Positions 1 to 15,734 of a stretch of DNA of 64,000 nucleotides are shown piece after piece. Both the position numbers and the translations under genes were made by a program. The DNA comes from Eledone cirrhosa (lineage: Eukaryota). The stretch lies in the NCBI GenBank assembly GCA_964016885.1, contig OZ024751.1:46872001-46936000 (forward strand), given 5' to 3'. Each line of letters opens with the position of its first letter. Position 1 is the first letter of the stretch. The notes beneath the pieces are model-generated. The model saw only the letters and a list, made by a program, of their open reading frames with translations. It searched no databases and had not been told where the DNA came from.

Positions 1-234
1 GTGGTAGTGTGCTGGAATATAGACGATGGTCGATGGTAATAGGAGCTGAGTGGTGGTGATTGGGGGGGGGGGGGAATGATGGATTGGGATGATACATTAA
101 AGACGATAGCTTGTTTCCAGTCTGGGAACTTATCCCACATTTGATTCCCAAGCCTTTGTTGTCCACGGCATCAGCTCCTTTCCTTCCTGGTTCCTATATA
201 TTATATTATATTATATATATATATATATATATTG

Positions 235-407
235 AGGTTGTGAGTTCGGTTCCCGGATCGGGCGATGCGTTATGTCCTTGAGCAAGACACTTTATTTCAC
301 GTTGCTCCTTCTATCTGGAGTTGCGACCGATAGATAGTATTAGCAATTAGAAAGACCAATGGAAACATTGTTTCCTCGGTCCGATTTGACGAAAGTCCAT
401 CGTTCCT
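235..407 (+). mobile_element. SINE family I
   Basis: Homologous to 36558-36730; in (TA)n. Confidence 0.75.
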
Positions 408-420
408 TATATATATATAT

Positions 421-890
421 ATACTAACAGTGGTACCCGGCGTTACACGGGATAAGGTATTTTGGAACGCGGGCCGCCAACAGACCTAATCGTGGAAAAA
501 CTGCATGCCTGGACTATATGTAAAGAAAATAAACCGAATACTCTGATGGCTGGATAATCTTTAAGATTTTCCAGGAAAATCGGCTAGACGTAACACCTTT
601 TTCACCTAATAATTTTCTTTGCTCACGGTTTGAAGAAGAGACTGACTAATACAAAGTTACAATTTCAAGGAAATCGGTCTGACGTAACGCGTCAAAAAAC
701 CCCTAAAAAGCTGAAAAAACGCAGCTTTTCACCTAATGCGGGCCCTAGGGGATCAAAAAGTTGAATTTTTTATGTGCATGACACTCCCTGAAACATAAGT
801 AATACAAGTGTAAAGTTTGAAAAAAAATCGGTTGGGTACTTCTCGAGTTTTAGGGATTCAAACTCACAGACACACACACACGCACACAGA
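421..890 (+). mobile_element. Helitron/Helentron-like non-autonomous element
   Basis: ATACTAACAGTGGTACCCGGCGTTACACGGG terminal hairpin; AAGTTTGAAAAAAATCGG...(CA)n distal part, typical of HINE/DINE-like elements. Confidence 0.5.
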
Positions 891-1152
891 TTCCGGGTTC
901 AATCGGGGTTAACCAGGGTGATGATTTCTCCTGAATGAAACAGTTCTAGTCCTGTAGAAGGTATTTATGTGGTTCTGGTAGTTGTATAGCCCCAAGGTAA
1001 TCGAAAAAAAAACCTATGACCAAACACATATTAACCGAACACTCCAGTCATTTTCTTATGTGCATGAAATCTAGGCTCATATTGTGAGAAAAAGATTTCG
1101 TTGTTATTTCTAGCAGAACAAAAAACCACGATGAGGCTCTTAAGTCGGTTTG

Positions 1153-1595
1153 CATGACGTAGGGTATAACTTTGTTGTATGTCATTGTGCTATGACGTTG
1201 TGGTATGACGTTGTGGTATCGCGTTGTAGTGTGACGTTTGGATATGACATGGTGTGATATTTCGGTGTGATGTTGTGTGACGCTGTGTTGCTAGGCTGTG
1301 GTATGGCGTTATGGTGTGACGTTGTGGTGCTAGGCCGTGGTATGACGTTATGGTGATACGTTGTGGTGCGACGTTGTGTGACGTTGTTGTGGCGTTGCAA
1401 TAAGACAATCTTATGTGACGTTTTGATATGACGTTATCGTGTGATCTTGTGGTGTGACGCTGTGGTTCTAGGCTGTGCTATGACGTTGTGGTGAGGTTTG
1501 GGTGTGACATTGTGGTGTGACATTGTGTTATGACGTAGTGGTGTGTTTAACGTAGTAGTGTTGTGACGTAGTGGTGTGTTTAACGTAGTAGTGTA
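1153..1595. repeat. Degenerate GTGACGTTGTG minisatellite
   Basis: Direct reading. Confidence 0.75.
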
Positions 1596-1664
1596 GTCCA
1601 TGTTGTTTCTGGCATGTTGCTTTGCATTTCTCGTTTTAAACGTGTGTAAATGTGCAAGTGTGTG

Positions 1665-1696
<32 letters not shown>

Positions 1697-1697
1697 C

Positions 1698-1817
1698 AGG
1701 AAAATGTTAAAGACCCCGGGGTCTTTAACATTTTCCTATTACCCACTCTACTACCCTAAGTATTGAGTACTCTGGTGCGTTATGGTCCATCTGGTTCCTT
1801 ACCACACTTCCTTCGTT
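1698..1817 (+). mobile_element. Family A fold-back element, shortest copy
   Basis: AGGAAAATGTTAAAGACCCC|GGGGTCTTTAACATTTTCCT followed by the family tail ...CTACCCTAAGTATTGAGTAC...CCTTCGTT(TA)n. Confidence 0.8.
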
Positions 1818-1904
1818 ATATATATATATATGTGTGTACACGCACATACATACATATATATATATATATATACATAATTATGTATATATATATATGTGTG
1901 TGTG

Positions 1905-1973
<69 letters not shown>

Positions 1974-2015
1974 GTATATATATATATAGATTATATATAT
2001 ATATATGTATATATA

Positions 2016-2143
<128 letters not shown>

Positions 2144-3127
2144 TGTATGTATGTATGTTTGTATGTATACAAGTATACACGCAAGCAGAACCACAATAAT
2201 AGATGACCAAAAAGGTTGGTGGCGATGTGTAAAGTAGCTAGGTTAATGGAAGAGCCTGGCGTTGACTGGATGTCATGTCACGTGTAAATGTATACTTCCG
2301 TAACTTCCCTTTGGCTGATGTGAGCTGCCCTTGTTATTGCAATGCACGTGTCTAACGGTCTGAAGTGGTTCTGGCTGGTGGTCTCCAGTAGATGGCGCTG
2401 ATAGAGAATCAAGAGGTAGTGAGGAGCTGGTTTGTGGTGGTGGTGGTGGTGGTGGTTGTTGTTGTTGGTGGTGGTGGTGGTGGTCGTCGTCGTCGTGGTA
2501 GTGGTGGTGGTGGTGGTGGCGGTGTCAGGGGTTGTCGTGGACGTGGTGATGGTGGTGGTTGGGGTTTGGAGGTGGTGGTGGTGGTGACGGTAATGGCGGC
2601 TCGGTGTGGGTGTGTGATGGCGATAGGTGAGGGGTGACGTGTGATTGTTTTTCTATTGTGTGTGTATATATAAATTGTGTGAGTATATGTAGTTGTGTGT
2701 GTGTGTGTGTTTGGTATGTGTGTGTGTGTATAAGTGTGTGAGGTTTTCTGTGTGTGTGTGTGGTATGTGTGTGTATAAGTGTGTGAGGGTTTGTTGTGGG
2801 TTTGTGTGTATGTGTGTGCGCGTGTGTGTGTATAAGTGTGTGAGGGTTTGTTGTGGGTGTGTGTGTATGTGTGTGCGTGTGTGTGTGTATAAGTGTGTGA
2901 GGGTTTGTTGTGTGTGTGTGTGTGTGTGTGTGTGTGGTATGTGTGTGTGAGGGTTTGTGTGTGTATGTCGTGTGGTTATATTATATGACTGTTAGTACAA
3001 TGTCACGGTGTCATCGTGTATATGTCAAGACCCATACCATGCCATCCGTAAAATATGCTTGTTTAGTCGTCTGCGCATGTCTGTCATTCATTTCAATCAT
3101 TGTTTCGCTTCCTGCACACGTGTACCA

Positions 3128-3217
<90 letters not shown>

Positions 3218-3369
3218 ATATATAGTGATTGTAGTGGTGGTGTTACTGATATTTATGGTGACAATGATAATAGTGATGAGGATGATATTGTTGACTATGA
3301 TGACAATGGTAATACTGATGATGATGATGATGATGATGATGACGATGATGATGATGATGATGATGATGT

Positions 3370-3423
<54 letters not shown>

Positions 3424-3450
3424 CGATGATGATGATGATGATGATGATGT

Positions 3451-3488
<38 letters not shown>

Positions 3489-3925
3489 GTTGTGATAGTA
3501 AGGATGATAGTCTCTAAAGCTACTCATTCTTTTCACTAGAAATAGACCCCCACACTTGAGGGTATTTAATGTCACCACAGCCCTGTGCTAACGTCTCCTT
3601 TGTAAACACAAGGACCAGCTTGACACGTGACCAACGACATCCGGTTAAGATAACCGCTTCCGGTTTAATTATTATCCTAGTTTAAATTAGGCCAACGCGT
3701 CTCGTCAATGCAAAGAGTGTACGTGTGTATGAATGTGTGTATGTATGTATGTATGTATGTATGTATGTATGTATGTATGTATGTATGTATGTATGTATGA
3801 ATGTATGTATGTATGAATGTATGTATGTATGTATGTATGTATGCATGCATGCACACACATACAAGAGCGTGAAACTAATAAACCTTTGTTCGTACTGCCT
3901 CTCTGTTTTGTTCCCGTTCCATTTT

Positions 3926-3998
<73 letters not shown>

Positions 3999-4002
<4 letters not shown>

Positions 4003-4168
4003 AGATCCAGGACCCCGACAGCTGAGCTTCGGCCGTTTCGACAGCTAGATCCGAACGGAGCTCAGCCGTCGGGGTCCTGAATCTTTCCATATTACCCATT
4101 CTACTATCCCATGTATCGCGTACTCTGGTGGGTTTTGGCCCACCTGGTTTTTTACCACACCCTATCTG

Positions 4169-4172
<4 letters not shown>
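3999..4172 (+). mobile_element. Family A fold-back element (diverged subfamily)
   Basis: GGACCCCGACAGCTGAGC...GCTCAGCCGTCGGGGTCC plus a related tail. Confidence 0.72.
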
Positions 4173-5039
<867 letters not shown>

Positions 5040-5956
5040 ATATATATATATTTACACATATGTATTACTTTATTTATCCACAGGGAGATTTTGATGTCGA
5101 ATTTTGGGTGAAAAGTGTATAATCCACACCGAAAGATTTGGTATACAAATAATTCCGTATAAAGCCACAGTCACACTAAAAGGAATAACCAGAAAGAGGG
5201 TACAACAGAAAGTTGGGTTAATAAACAAGATTCAAACTTCAGTTATACTAAACCCCACAATGGAGAATACAGAAATTATTTCAGACTGAACCAATATCTA
5301 AACTATTATAAAGCAAGGAGTACGGGACTGCATCCAGAATATATAAATATATATTTTTTTTTATCCCGTTTGTAAAATAAGTTGGATTACTTTGAATAAA
5401 TAATGAATGAATATTACATAATTTATCTACTAAATTTCGTGGCTGTTCATTAAATATATTTTATTTATTTAAAAAGTTCTGCTAGTATATATAATGCACC
5501 GAAACCGTAGAAATGTCCAGAGGTTCACTCATGAGATGGGACTGTCCGTCTTTCCGTTGATTTTGCCATTGACTTCGTCTTGTGCACCGATATATAGTTT
5601 ATCAGAATAGATACGAGTCAGCATGAATATAAATATAGTAAAATGCACACAGATAATTCACACAGTTACATAAGACAAACCAACATATGCATCTATACCT
5701 CGTCAGCCACCTTGCTGGCAGTGCAGTTTCGCACATTATCGGAGTACTGCATTCGTGACACCAGTTTACGCTACAGATTGGATAATCACTCTGTTGGTAA
5801 GCATGTCCTTTCCAGAGTATATATGCAATGTTCAACAGGGCAGTCTTCTGTAGGAGAGCAATAATTCGTAGTCGATTTGCTTATGATACCATCCTGAAAG
5901 TGTTTGTGGTACCTTACATGTATGTACACAGACACACTCATACAGGCACAGACACA

Positions 5957-6029
<73 letters not shown>

Positions 6030-6058
6030 GTGTGTGTGTATATATATATATGTGTGTG

Positions 6059-6222
<164 letters not shown>

Positions 6223-6320
6223 GAGAGAGAAAGAGAGAGTGGCGTGTAATTCTATCTCCGTGTTTGTTTCTTTTAATCTTGAACTATATATATACCTACA
6301 CATACATACATGTATATATA

Positions 6321-6406
<86 letters not shown>

Positions 6407-6414
6407 TATCTATC

Positions 6415-6497
<83 letters not shown>

Positions 6498-7128
6498 CGT
6501 GTGATGTCAATAGAAAAGTGAGTGTAGCAGCGTCTGTTATGACAGGCAAAATAATTCACATGACGGTGACAAGACAGCTGGCCTACCCTGTCTGTCCACC
6601 TGATTTATCTCCCTTTTCTACCTTGCCAAAACTGACCACTGCCATTCATCCAACACGTGGCGCTGTCTCTACTACAAGGTACAACAGTGTTTGTGTGTGT
6701 GGCTGTGTGATTATTGTACATTTGAGTCAGTGTGTGCGTATGCTTGCGTGAGCACGCGTGGATGTGTGAGTGTGCATGTGTGTGTGAGTGTGTGTACGTG
6801 CATGTGAATGCGTGTGTGTGTGTGGTAAATGGTAGATATTAATTAAAATGATGAATATACATTTAACAGTGTTCTCTGGTGAGGATATGGTTCTTGTATG
6901 TATGTATGTATGTATGTATGTATGTATGTATGTATGTATGTATGTATGTATGTATGTATGTTAGTTGCTATCGTGTGTGTGTGTGTGTGTAGATATGCTT
7001 GTGTGTGTGCGTGTGTGTGTATATATATATGTATATTATTATTGTTGTTGTCGTTATTATTATTGTTGTTATTATTATTATTATTATTATTGTTATTAAT
7101 GTATGTGTGTGTGTATATGTGTGTGTGA

Positions 7129-7184
<56 letters not shown>

Positions 7185-7337
7185 CTTTTTTTTTTCTTTT
7201 TATTTATTTATTATTATTATTTTTTTTCTTTCTCCTCGTGCAATGGCCATACTCGATAACGAGGGGGCAGCCATCATGTATGTATGTATGTATGTATGTA
7301 TATATTTATGTATGTATATATGTATCATTAGTATAAG

Positions 7338-7369
<32 letters not shown>

Positions 7370-7578
7370 TGTATGTATGTATGTATGTACATATGTATGT
7401 ATGTATATATGTATATCTGTATGTATGTACATATGTATGTATGTATGTATGTTCTTCTGATTTTATAATTTCACAATATATGTGTGTATGTATATATGTA
7501 TGTATGTATGTATATATGTGTGTATATATGTATCATTAGTATAAGTATATGTATGTGTATATGTATCATTAGTATATG

Positions 7579-7610
<32 letters not shown>

Positions 7611-8094
7611 TGTATGTATGTATGTATGTATGTATGCATGTATGTATGTATGTATGTATGTATGTGTGTTTCGTTATGTGCGTATATATTTGTGTGTCTG
7701 TAAAAGTATATATATGTATGGGCATATATATACAAATACACACAGACACACATATGCATATACACACACGTACATCCACACACATAAGTATATGTATATA
7801 AGTATATGTATATAAGTATATGTATATATATGTATGGACATATATATACATATATACACACACACACACAGGTATATCCACACACATATACAGAGACACA
7901 CATATACACAGGCACACATGCGCACACACATACACACACATATACACACATACACATACACACACACATGCAAGGATACTGCAGAAAACTTATGGCCACC
8001 AAGATTAATTATTTTAATTAATTATTTTAATTATTTATTTTAATTAATTATTTTATTTCAATTGTATCTTCCAATTAAAGATTGGAAACAATAG

Positions 8095-8915
8095 TAAGAA
8101 GAACAACAACAATGTCATCTGAAACAACAACAACAGCAACTATAACAATAGAAATAACAATACCGTCTATAACAACAACAACGCCAGCAATAACAACAAC
8201 AACGCCAGCAATAACAACAACAACAACACCAGCAATAACAACAGCAACAATGCTGTCTATAACAGCAACAACAACAACAGCAACAACAACAGCAACAATG
8301 CTGTCTATAACAGCAACAACAACAACAACAACAGCAACAACAACAGCAACAATGCTGTCTATAACAACAACAACACCATCAATAACAACAGCAACAATGC
8401 CGTCTATAACAACAACAACACCAGCAATAACAACAGCAACAATGCCGTCTATAACAACAACAACAACAGCAATAACAACAGCAACAATGCTGTCTATAAC
8501 AACAACAACACCAGCAATAACAACAGCAACAATGCCGTCTATAACAACAACAACAACAACAACAACAACAACGCCAGCAATAACAACAACAACAACACCA
8601 GCAATAACAACAGCAACAATGCCGTCTATAACAACAACAACACCAGCAATAACAACAGCAACAATGCCGTCTATAACAACAACAACACCAGCAATAACAA
8701 CAGCAACAATGCCGTCTATAACAACAACAACACCAGCAATAACAACAGCAACAATGCCGTCTATAACAACAACAACACCAGCAATAACAACAGCAACAAT
8801 GCTGTCTATAACAACAACAACAACAACAACAACAACAGCAATAATGTCGTCTATAACAACAACAACAATAACAACAAGAACAACAACAATGCAGAGAACA
8901 ACGAAGATAAAAACG

Positions 8916-8948
<33 letters not shown>

Positions 8949-9112
8949 GCAGCAATAACAACAGTAACAACAATAACTACTACTATTACTACTATAACTA
9001 CTACTACTACTACTATAATGGCAGTTACAACAACAACAACAACATCAATGTCGGTAACAACGACAACAACAACAACAACAAGTACGACTACAACAACAAC
9101 AACTACAACAGA
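8095..9112. repeat. (ACA)n-derived minisatellite with ~45-bp higher-order unit
   Basis: Repeated CCAGCAATAACAACAGCAACAATGCCGTCTATAACAACAACAACA. Confidence 0.85.
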
Positions 9113-9163
9113 TGCCATATATTACAACATTTCTTGATTATGCAATAACACACACACACACAC

Positions 9164-9211
<48 letters not shown>

Positions 9212-9582
9212 TAACACTAACACACACACATACACACATACACATTCACACAAATACTCATATGGAACATACAGACGCAAATGCACCTTCATTACCTCCA
9301 CCCTTCCACCCCCACGCAATGTGCCCTCCACCCCCACGCAATGTGCCCTCCACCCCCACCCCCCACGCACACCCCTCCTGCCCCTCCTTCCCTACACGAC
9401 CCCTCCACCCCTCCTTTCCCCCACCCCACATGTGCACGGAGTGTGTAAAAGACATGCAAGCATGTTTACCAGCACATGTATAAGCCTTTATCTAAACAGG
9501 TGATATGTATGTTGATTTAAACACACGTCTGCATATATATATATATATGCGTGTATATATACATACATATATATATATATGT

Positions 9583-9751
<169 letters not shown>

Positions 9752-9752
9752 C

Positions 9753-9873
<121 letters not shown>

Positions 9874-9874
9874 C

Positions 9875-9965
<91 letters not shown>

Positions 9966-10034
9966 TACATATATATATATATATGTATGTATATATACAC
10001 ACATATATATATATGCAGACGTGTGTTTAAATCA

Positions 10035-10081
<47 letters not shown>

Positions 10082-10082
10082 C

Positions 10083-10155
<73 letters not shown>

Positions 10156-10282
10156 TACATATATATATATATATGTATGTATATATACACACATATATAT
10201 ATATGCAGACGTGTGTTTAAATCAACATACATATATATATATATATTTATATATATATATATATATATACATATATATATAC

Positions 10283-10353
<71 letters not shown>

Positions 10354-10420
10354 TACATATATATATATGTGTATGTATATATACACATATATATATATAT
10401 GCAGACGTGTGTTTAAATCA

Positions 10421-10500
<80 letters not shown>

Positions 10501-10504
<4 letters not shown>

Positions 10505-10725
10505 CTGGACATGCTCACCGACATCCAGAGTTGACACTGCACTCAGTGCTCCTGTGGGAGCCCCACAATGGACACACTAGAAGTGGAAGACCAAGGTTAA
10601 CATATGTTAATGCCCTAAGGACAGACACTGGTCTGTTGGAGATGCAGGATATGGCAGCGATAATGAGGGACAGAGACCGCTGGAGAGAACTCGTCCATGG
10701 ATCTCAGGAATTTTACCCGCCCTAG
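10501..10725 (+). mobile_element. RTE-clade LINE 3' fragment
   Basis: AGHAHRHPE...LLWEP...[16 protein letters not shown]...[11 protein letters not shown]. Confidence 0.8.
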
Positions 10726-10864
10726 AAATGTGTGTGGGGGTGGGGGGTGTACGTATATATATATATATATATGTAAGTATGTATGCATGTATATAAATGT
10801 ATGTATGTATGTATATATATATATATACATATATGTATATATGTATATAAACATATATATATAC

Positions 10865-10934
<70 letters not shown>

Positions 10935-10954
10935 GTATATACATATATATATAT

Positions 10955-10987
<33 letters not shown>

Positions 10988-11034
10988 CACGTATATATAT
11001 ATATATATGGTATATATATGTATATATACATACA

Positions 11035-11123
<89 letters not shown>

Positions 11124-11632
11124 GTGTGTGTGTGTGTATGTATGTATGTATATGTATGTGTGTGTGTGTATTTATGTATGGATGAATATAAGTATATAAG
11201 TATATATAGCTAATTCCAGTAGTCTGTGTTTGTGTAGGAATAATTTGACACGTGTGATAATGTTGTCGGAAACTGAAATATGATGTGCGTATATGCAAGT
11301 GTGCATTTATGAGTATATATATATACATATACATGTATATATATATACATACACACATACACACATGTATATATATATATATTAGTTTTATATATATATT
11401 TACACACAAACAATACTTTACGTTCAACGTGCATATGGCATCTGTGTTTGCATATATATATATAACGATGTATTCTTTTGATAAAGAGACTTACATTAGT
11501 ATTTGATAGTGTAGAAGTACATGTGTGTACACATTATACACACGTAGTGTTAGCTGTATAATTGTACAGCACATGTCTTTAGAAATGACTACTATATACA
11601 ATATTTCCTGAAAAGGCCTTATATATATGTAC

Positions 11633-11691
<59 letters not shown>

Positions 11692-11730
11692 CATATATGA
11701 ATCTATGCATGTATATATATATATATATAT

Positions 11731-12235
11731 AAAATAAAGTTAAATAAAAGTCAGATGATTAAAATTTAGCTTCGTTTATTACTGCTATATACATTTCAGT
11801 GACAGCCATCTTTGGCTGTGGTATAGACAAGTACATATGTTGTTTAGGTGTATAATATTGTCAATACTCTGATATGCCCAGTTCCTTGTTGGGTTGTTAA
11901 TTCACTGAGGAACTGGAGTCATATGACTCCAGTTCCTCAGTGAATTAACAACCCAACAAGGAACTGGGCATATCAGAGTATTGACAATATTATACACCTA
12001 AACAACATATGTACTTGTCTATACCATACTAATTCAAACTGCCTGAAGAGGTCACAGCCAAAGATGGCTGTCACTGAAATATATATAGCTATAAACGAAG
12101 CTAAATTTTAATCATTTGACTTTTATTTAACTTTATTTTACACTACTCCGGAGTAACCAAACCAACCTGAGCACTTCGTCGAGTGCTCCAGCCTGCATAC
12201 TGAGGTGTTGGTATACAACCAACATAAACTCAAAA
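11731..12235 (+). mobile_element. Fold-back palindrome (centre 11922/11923) with ~95-nt tail; PLE-type remnant
   Basis: GAGTCATATGACTC centre with ~190/215-bp arms. The left arm lacks a 28-nt segment containing the hammerhead core. Confidence 0.82.
12038..12090 (+). ncRNA. Type-I hammerhead motif
   Basis: ACUGC-CUGAAGA-GGUCACAGCCA(aaga)UGGCUGUCACU-GAAAUAUAUAUA-GC. The left arm preserves the stem I partner GCAGU. Confidence 0.75.
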
Positions 12236-12307
<72 letters not shown>

Positions 12308-12390
12308 AAAAGGAAAAGAATGACTTCACTTGTAGTTCTAAACAATTTGATTTCATTTTCTATAATATTACCAACTTATAATATACTCAT

Positions 12391-12585
12391 ATAATTGTTT
12401 CTACGTTAGGCACAAGGCCAGCAATTACCCCAGTGCATTACTGGTACTTTATTTTATCGACCCTATAAGGATGAAAGGCAAAGTTAACCTCGGCGGGATT
12501 TGAACTCAGAATGGCAAGGGCCGTAACTCTATACGTCAAAGCATGGCGTCCGACCCTCTCCCTATACTGCCAATCCACCGCCCTT
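12391..12585 (-). mobile_element. SINE family J
   Basis: Homologous to 29241-29435. Confidence 0.8.
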
Positions 12586-12735
12586 ATATACTCATATAAT
12601 AAAATTAAATGAAATTGTTTAGAACTACAAGTGAAGTCAATATTTTCCTTTTTTCCAGTATACCTAACTGTACCAAGATTTCACAAATTTTCCAATATAT
12701 ATATATTTATATATATACATAGATATAGATATATA

Positions 12736-12957
12736 GTAATAATAATAAATGTGAAGACTAAGATCCAAAGAGGATCCATAAGGATAAATATATATCAAAT
12801 ATATGAGAACCCCAGAGCAAATATTTATTAAAATGACAGATTAAAGTTTAAGCAAAGAATCGCTGCTTTCACCCTTAAAATGATCCCGTTAAGGGTGAAA
12901 GTTAAGGGTGAAAGTAGCGATTTTTGCTTAAACTTTAATCTGTCATTTTAATAAATA
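12736..12957 (-). mobile_element. Family B fold-back element
   Basis: GCTTTCACCCTTAA...TTAAGGGTGAAAG palindrome with a ~90-nt tail. Homologous to 28988-29237. Confidence 0.75.
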
Positions 12958-13202
12958 AATAAATAAATAAATAAATATATATATATATTCATATATATAT
13001 ATAGTCAATATTTAGAACCGTTGAGCGAATTACGTATTTTAAATTGTGCCCTAATTTAACGTTAACAGCTTCAACAACGTTTATTACTATGAAAATAGTC
13101 TTTGTAGAACATATAAACCTCTTGGCGTGGAAAAGTGAACACATCATCACCCGCCCCGCATATGGAATAACACGCACACACACGCGCACACACGCACACA
13201 CT

Positions 13203-13288
<86 letters not shown>

Positions 13289-13457
13289 TGTATATACATA
13301 TATATATGTATATATGTTAAAATCATATTGTCTGACAAAAGTATAGGTTAACTAAAGTGTTCAAAATAGTCACTGTTAGACGGCTCTACTAACATAGAAT
13401 GTAAGAATTTTCATTTGGAACAGTAGCATCGTATAAATATATATACATACATACATG

Positions 13458-14068
13458 GTGGTGGCTGCCAACTCGTTTTCGAGTACGGCCACTACTTTAT
13501 ATCCATGTAGGAGAACTCCTACCGATGCGCTGAACGAGTGTGACTTTTTAGTCCAGCCAGCGACTTAAAAACTCTGGTACAAACACTACACTTGTGACAA
13601 TTATTGACACATAGTGCTGGGCCCTTGGTACCATGTGACGACAAGTGCAGAGAGATCTCCAGATATAAAGCAATGCCTGTGCCGTGAAGCTTTTATAGTG
13701 AGCAAAGGCACTGCACAAAGCCAGTCCCACTCTCTTAACCAAGATGATATTTACCAAAAAGAAGAACAAGTCAACATCATTGGATACCATCAGGGTTGCA
13801 GGTGTTATATCAGAGTTTTCCTTCTCCTAGAATTCTGCCTTGACAAAGGCTAAGGGGTCATCTCTCCCGGTGATTTTGGATGGCCATTGACTTTCTAAGA
13901 GCTCCTTTGCCCTTTGACAGGTTTTGTTTTTAGTCCTGCAGGATGTCCAAAGTCACCCTCCTCACCAAGAAACCTTGGTGGGGTTGCCAGCTTAGTCGCC
14001 AACGACCCGACCATAGGACAGATTGTACTGGAATACATGTTACCAGTAGCACCAACTGGTGACCTGAC
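13458..14068 (-). mobile_element. Bipartite RTE-derived non-autonomous element (family H), full length
   Basis: ~610 bp. RTE 5'UTR-like TCTAGGAGAAGGAAAACTCTGA joined to an RTE 3' end (C2H2 remnant; CTCGAAAACGAG stem-loop). Flanked by (TATG)n/(TA)n. Confidence 0.82.
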
Positions 14069-14334
14069 ATATATATACATACATATATATATACATACAC
14101 ATATACATACATACATACATATATATATACATACATATATATATATACATACATATACATATACATACATATATATATACATACATATATACATATATAT
14201 GTATATATATACATATATATATATACATATATATATATGTATATATATACATACATACATACATACATACATACATACATACATACATACATACATACAT
14301 ACATACATACATACATACATACATACATACATAC

Positions 14335-14663
14335 CTCAATACAAATCTTGAGAAGCTAGGCTTCACAGGAACAGAAAGAACACAACTAGTTAGGAAATTA
14401 CAAGTACAATCCATTAATGGAACAGTAAAAATATGTAAAACATTCCAAAAAATTTGCATCTAATAACTGCATATACACATGTACAGATACAAAGCATATA
14501 CACATGCACACATACAACTCAAAACATCCACATCCACACATGCATGCATACATACATATCTACCTCGTTGATGTGTAAATTCCAATGAGAGAGTCTTGTG
14601 TCTATGTTAGAAACCGGCTCTCTCTCTATTGGTAAAACTTTGTAAAATTATAAAACCAGAAGA

Positions 14664-14666
<3 letters not shown>
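14335..14666 (+). mobile_element. RLE-type (R4/Dong/HERO-like) non-LTR element 3' end
   Basis: [10 protein letters not shown]...[20 protein letters not shown] (stop at 14461-14463) plus 3' UTR; begins at a (CATA)n array. Confidence 0.65.
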
Positions 14667-14760
<94 letters not shown>

Positions 14761-15078
14761 AATATTAGACAGGAACGAAAAACAGAGAGGCAGTACAAAT
14801 GGTAGTTTATTATGTTCACGCTTTTGAGAGTGGGGGATATATATATATATATATATTAGGGTGACCCTTATTTTTCAACTGTCTAAAAGTTTAGCTCCCA
14901 CCCTCTTATCTTGTTCCAATTAAGAAGGAACCAGTCTATGCAAAACATTAGCTCAAGTGGATAACTGCAAGGCGACCCTCATCGACCGTAAAATTTTGAA
15001 TTTTTCGCCCGGAAAGTCATTTTTTCAGACAAGAATTTTTTATCTCTTATATAATTTTCTCTTAAATTAAAAACTTGT

Positions 15079-15435
15079 TCAGACTTATTCTTGGTATTAG
15101 AAGGATCTTCTTTCTCAGACTTATTCTTGGTATTAGAAGGATCTTCTTTCTCAGACTTATTCTTGGTATTAGAAGGATCTTCTTTCTCAGACTTATTCTT
15201 GGTATTAGAAGGATCTTCTTTCTCAGACTTATTCTTGGTATTAGAAGGATCTTCTTTCTCAGACTTATTCTTGGTATTAGAAGGATCTTCTTTCTCAGAC
15301 TTATTCTTGGTATTAGAAGGATCTTCTTTCTCAGACTTATTCTTGGTATTAGAAGGATCTTCTTTCTCAGACTTATTCTTGGTATTAGAAGGATCTTCTT
15401 TCTCAGACTTATTCTTGGTATTAGAAGGACCTTCT
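15079..15435. repeat. Perfect 36-bp tandem repeat, ~10 copies
   Basis: Unit TCAGACTTATTCTTGGTATTAGAAGGATCTTCTTTC; no spacers. Confidence 0.95.
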
Positions 15436-15436
15436 T

Positions 15437-15573
15437 GTGACGCTAAACTCCGCCATTTGCAGACTGCGCATTAACATGTGATATCTCTCTCCACAAAGTT
15501 CGATCACCAGCAGCAGAGTTCAAAGAGCAAAGATCAAGTCCAGTCCATAGTTTGACATTGTCAAGCCAACGAT
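15437..15573 (-). mobile_element. RTE (BovB-like) LINE 3' fragment
   Basis: RWLDNVKLWTGLDLCSLNSAAGDRTLWREI; GTATTAGAAGGA on both sides. Confidence 0.72.
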
Positions 15574-15734
15574 GTATTAGAAGGATAAGTAACAATAAAT
15601 ATAATGGGGAAGGCAACTGGCAAAGCTGGGGACAGAGATATGTATATAGAAATACTCTCCTTACTATCCTTGCTTTCATATTTCTCCTTGCTCCCCTTTT
15701 CTCAATGTATTTGCATATAAACAAGTACAGAGAT

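Noticed and set aside
3008-3517. Poly-Asp/poly-His ORFs (also 42978-43625)
   Set aside because: (GAT)n microsatellites.
8082-9137. 351-aa Thr-rich mucin-like ORF
   Set aside because: Entirely (ACA)n-derived and open on both strands, with no signal peptide or domain. A mucin exon cannot be fully excluded without RNA data.
13548-13853. Recurrent 79-80 aa ORFs (MVSNDVDL..., MLGPWYHV...) as a gene family
   Set aside because: Incidental frames of the family H repeat.
15079-15435. 36-bp repeat as a CRISPR array
   Set aside because: Head-to-tail with no spacers, no cas genes, eukaryotic context.
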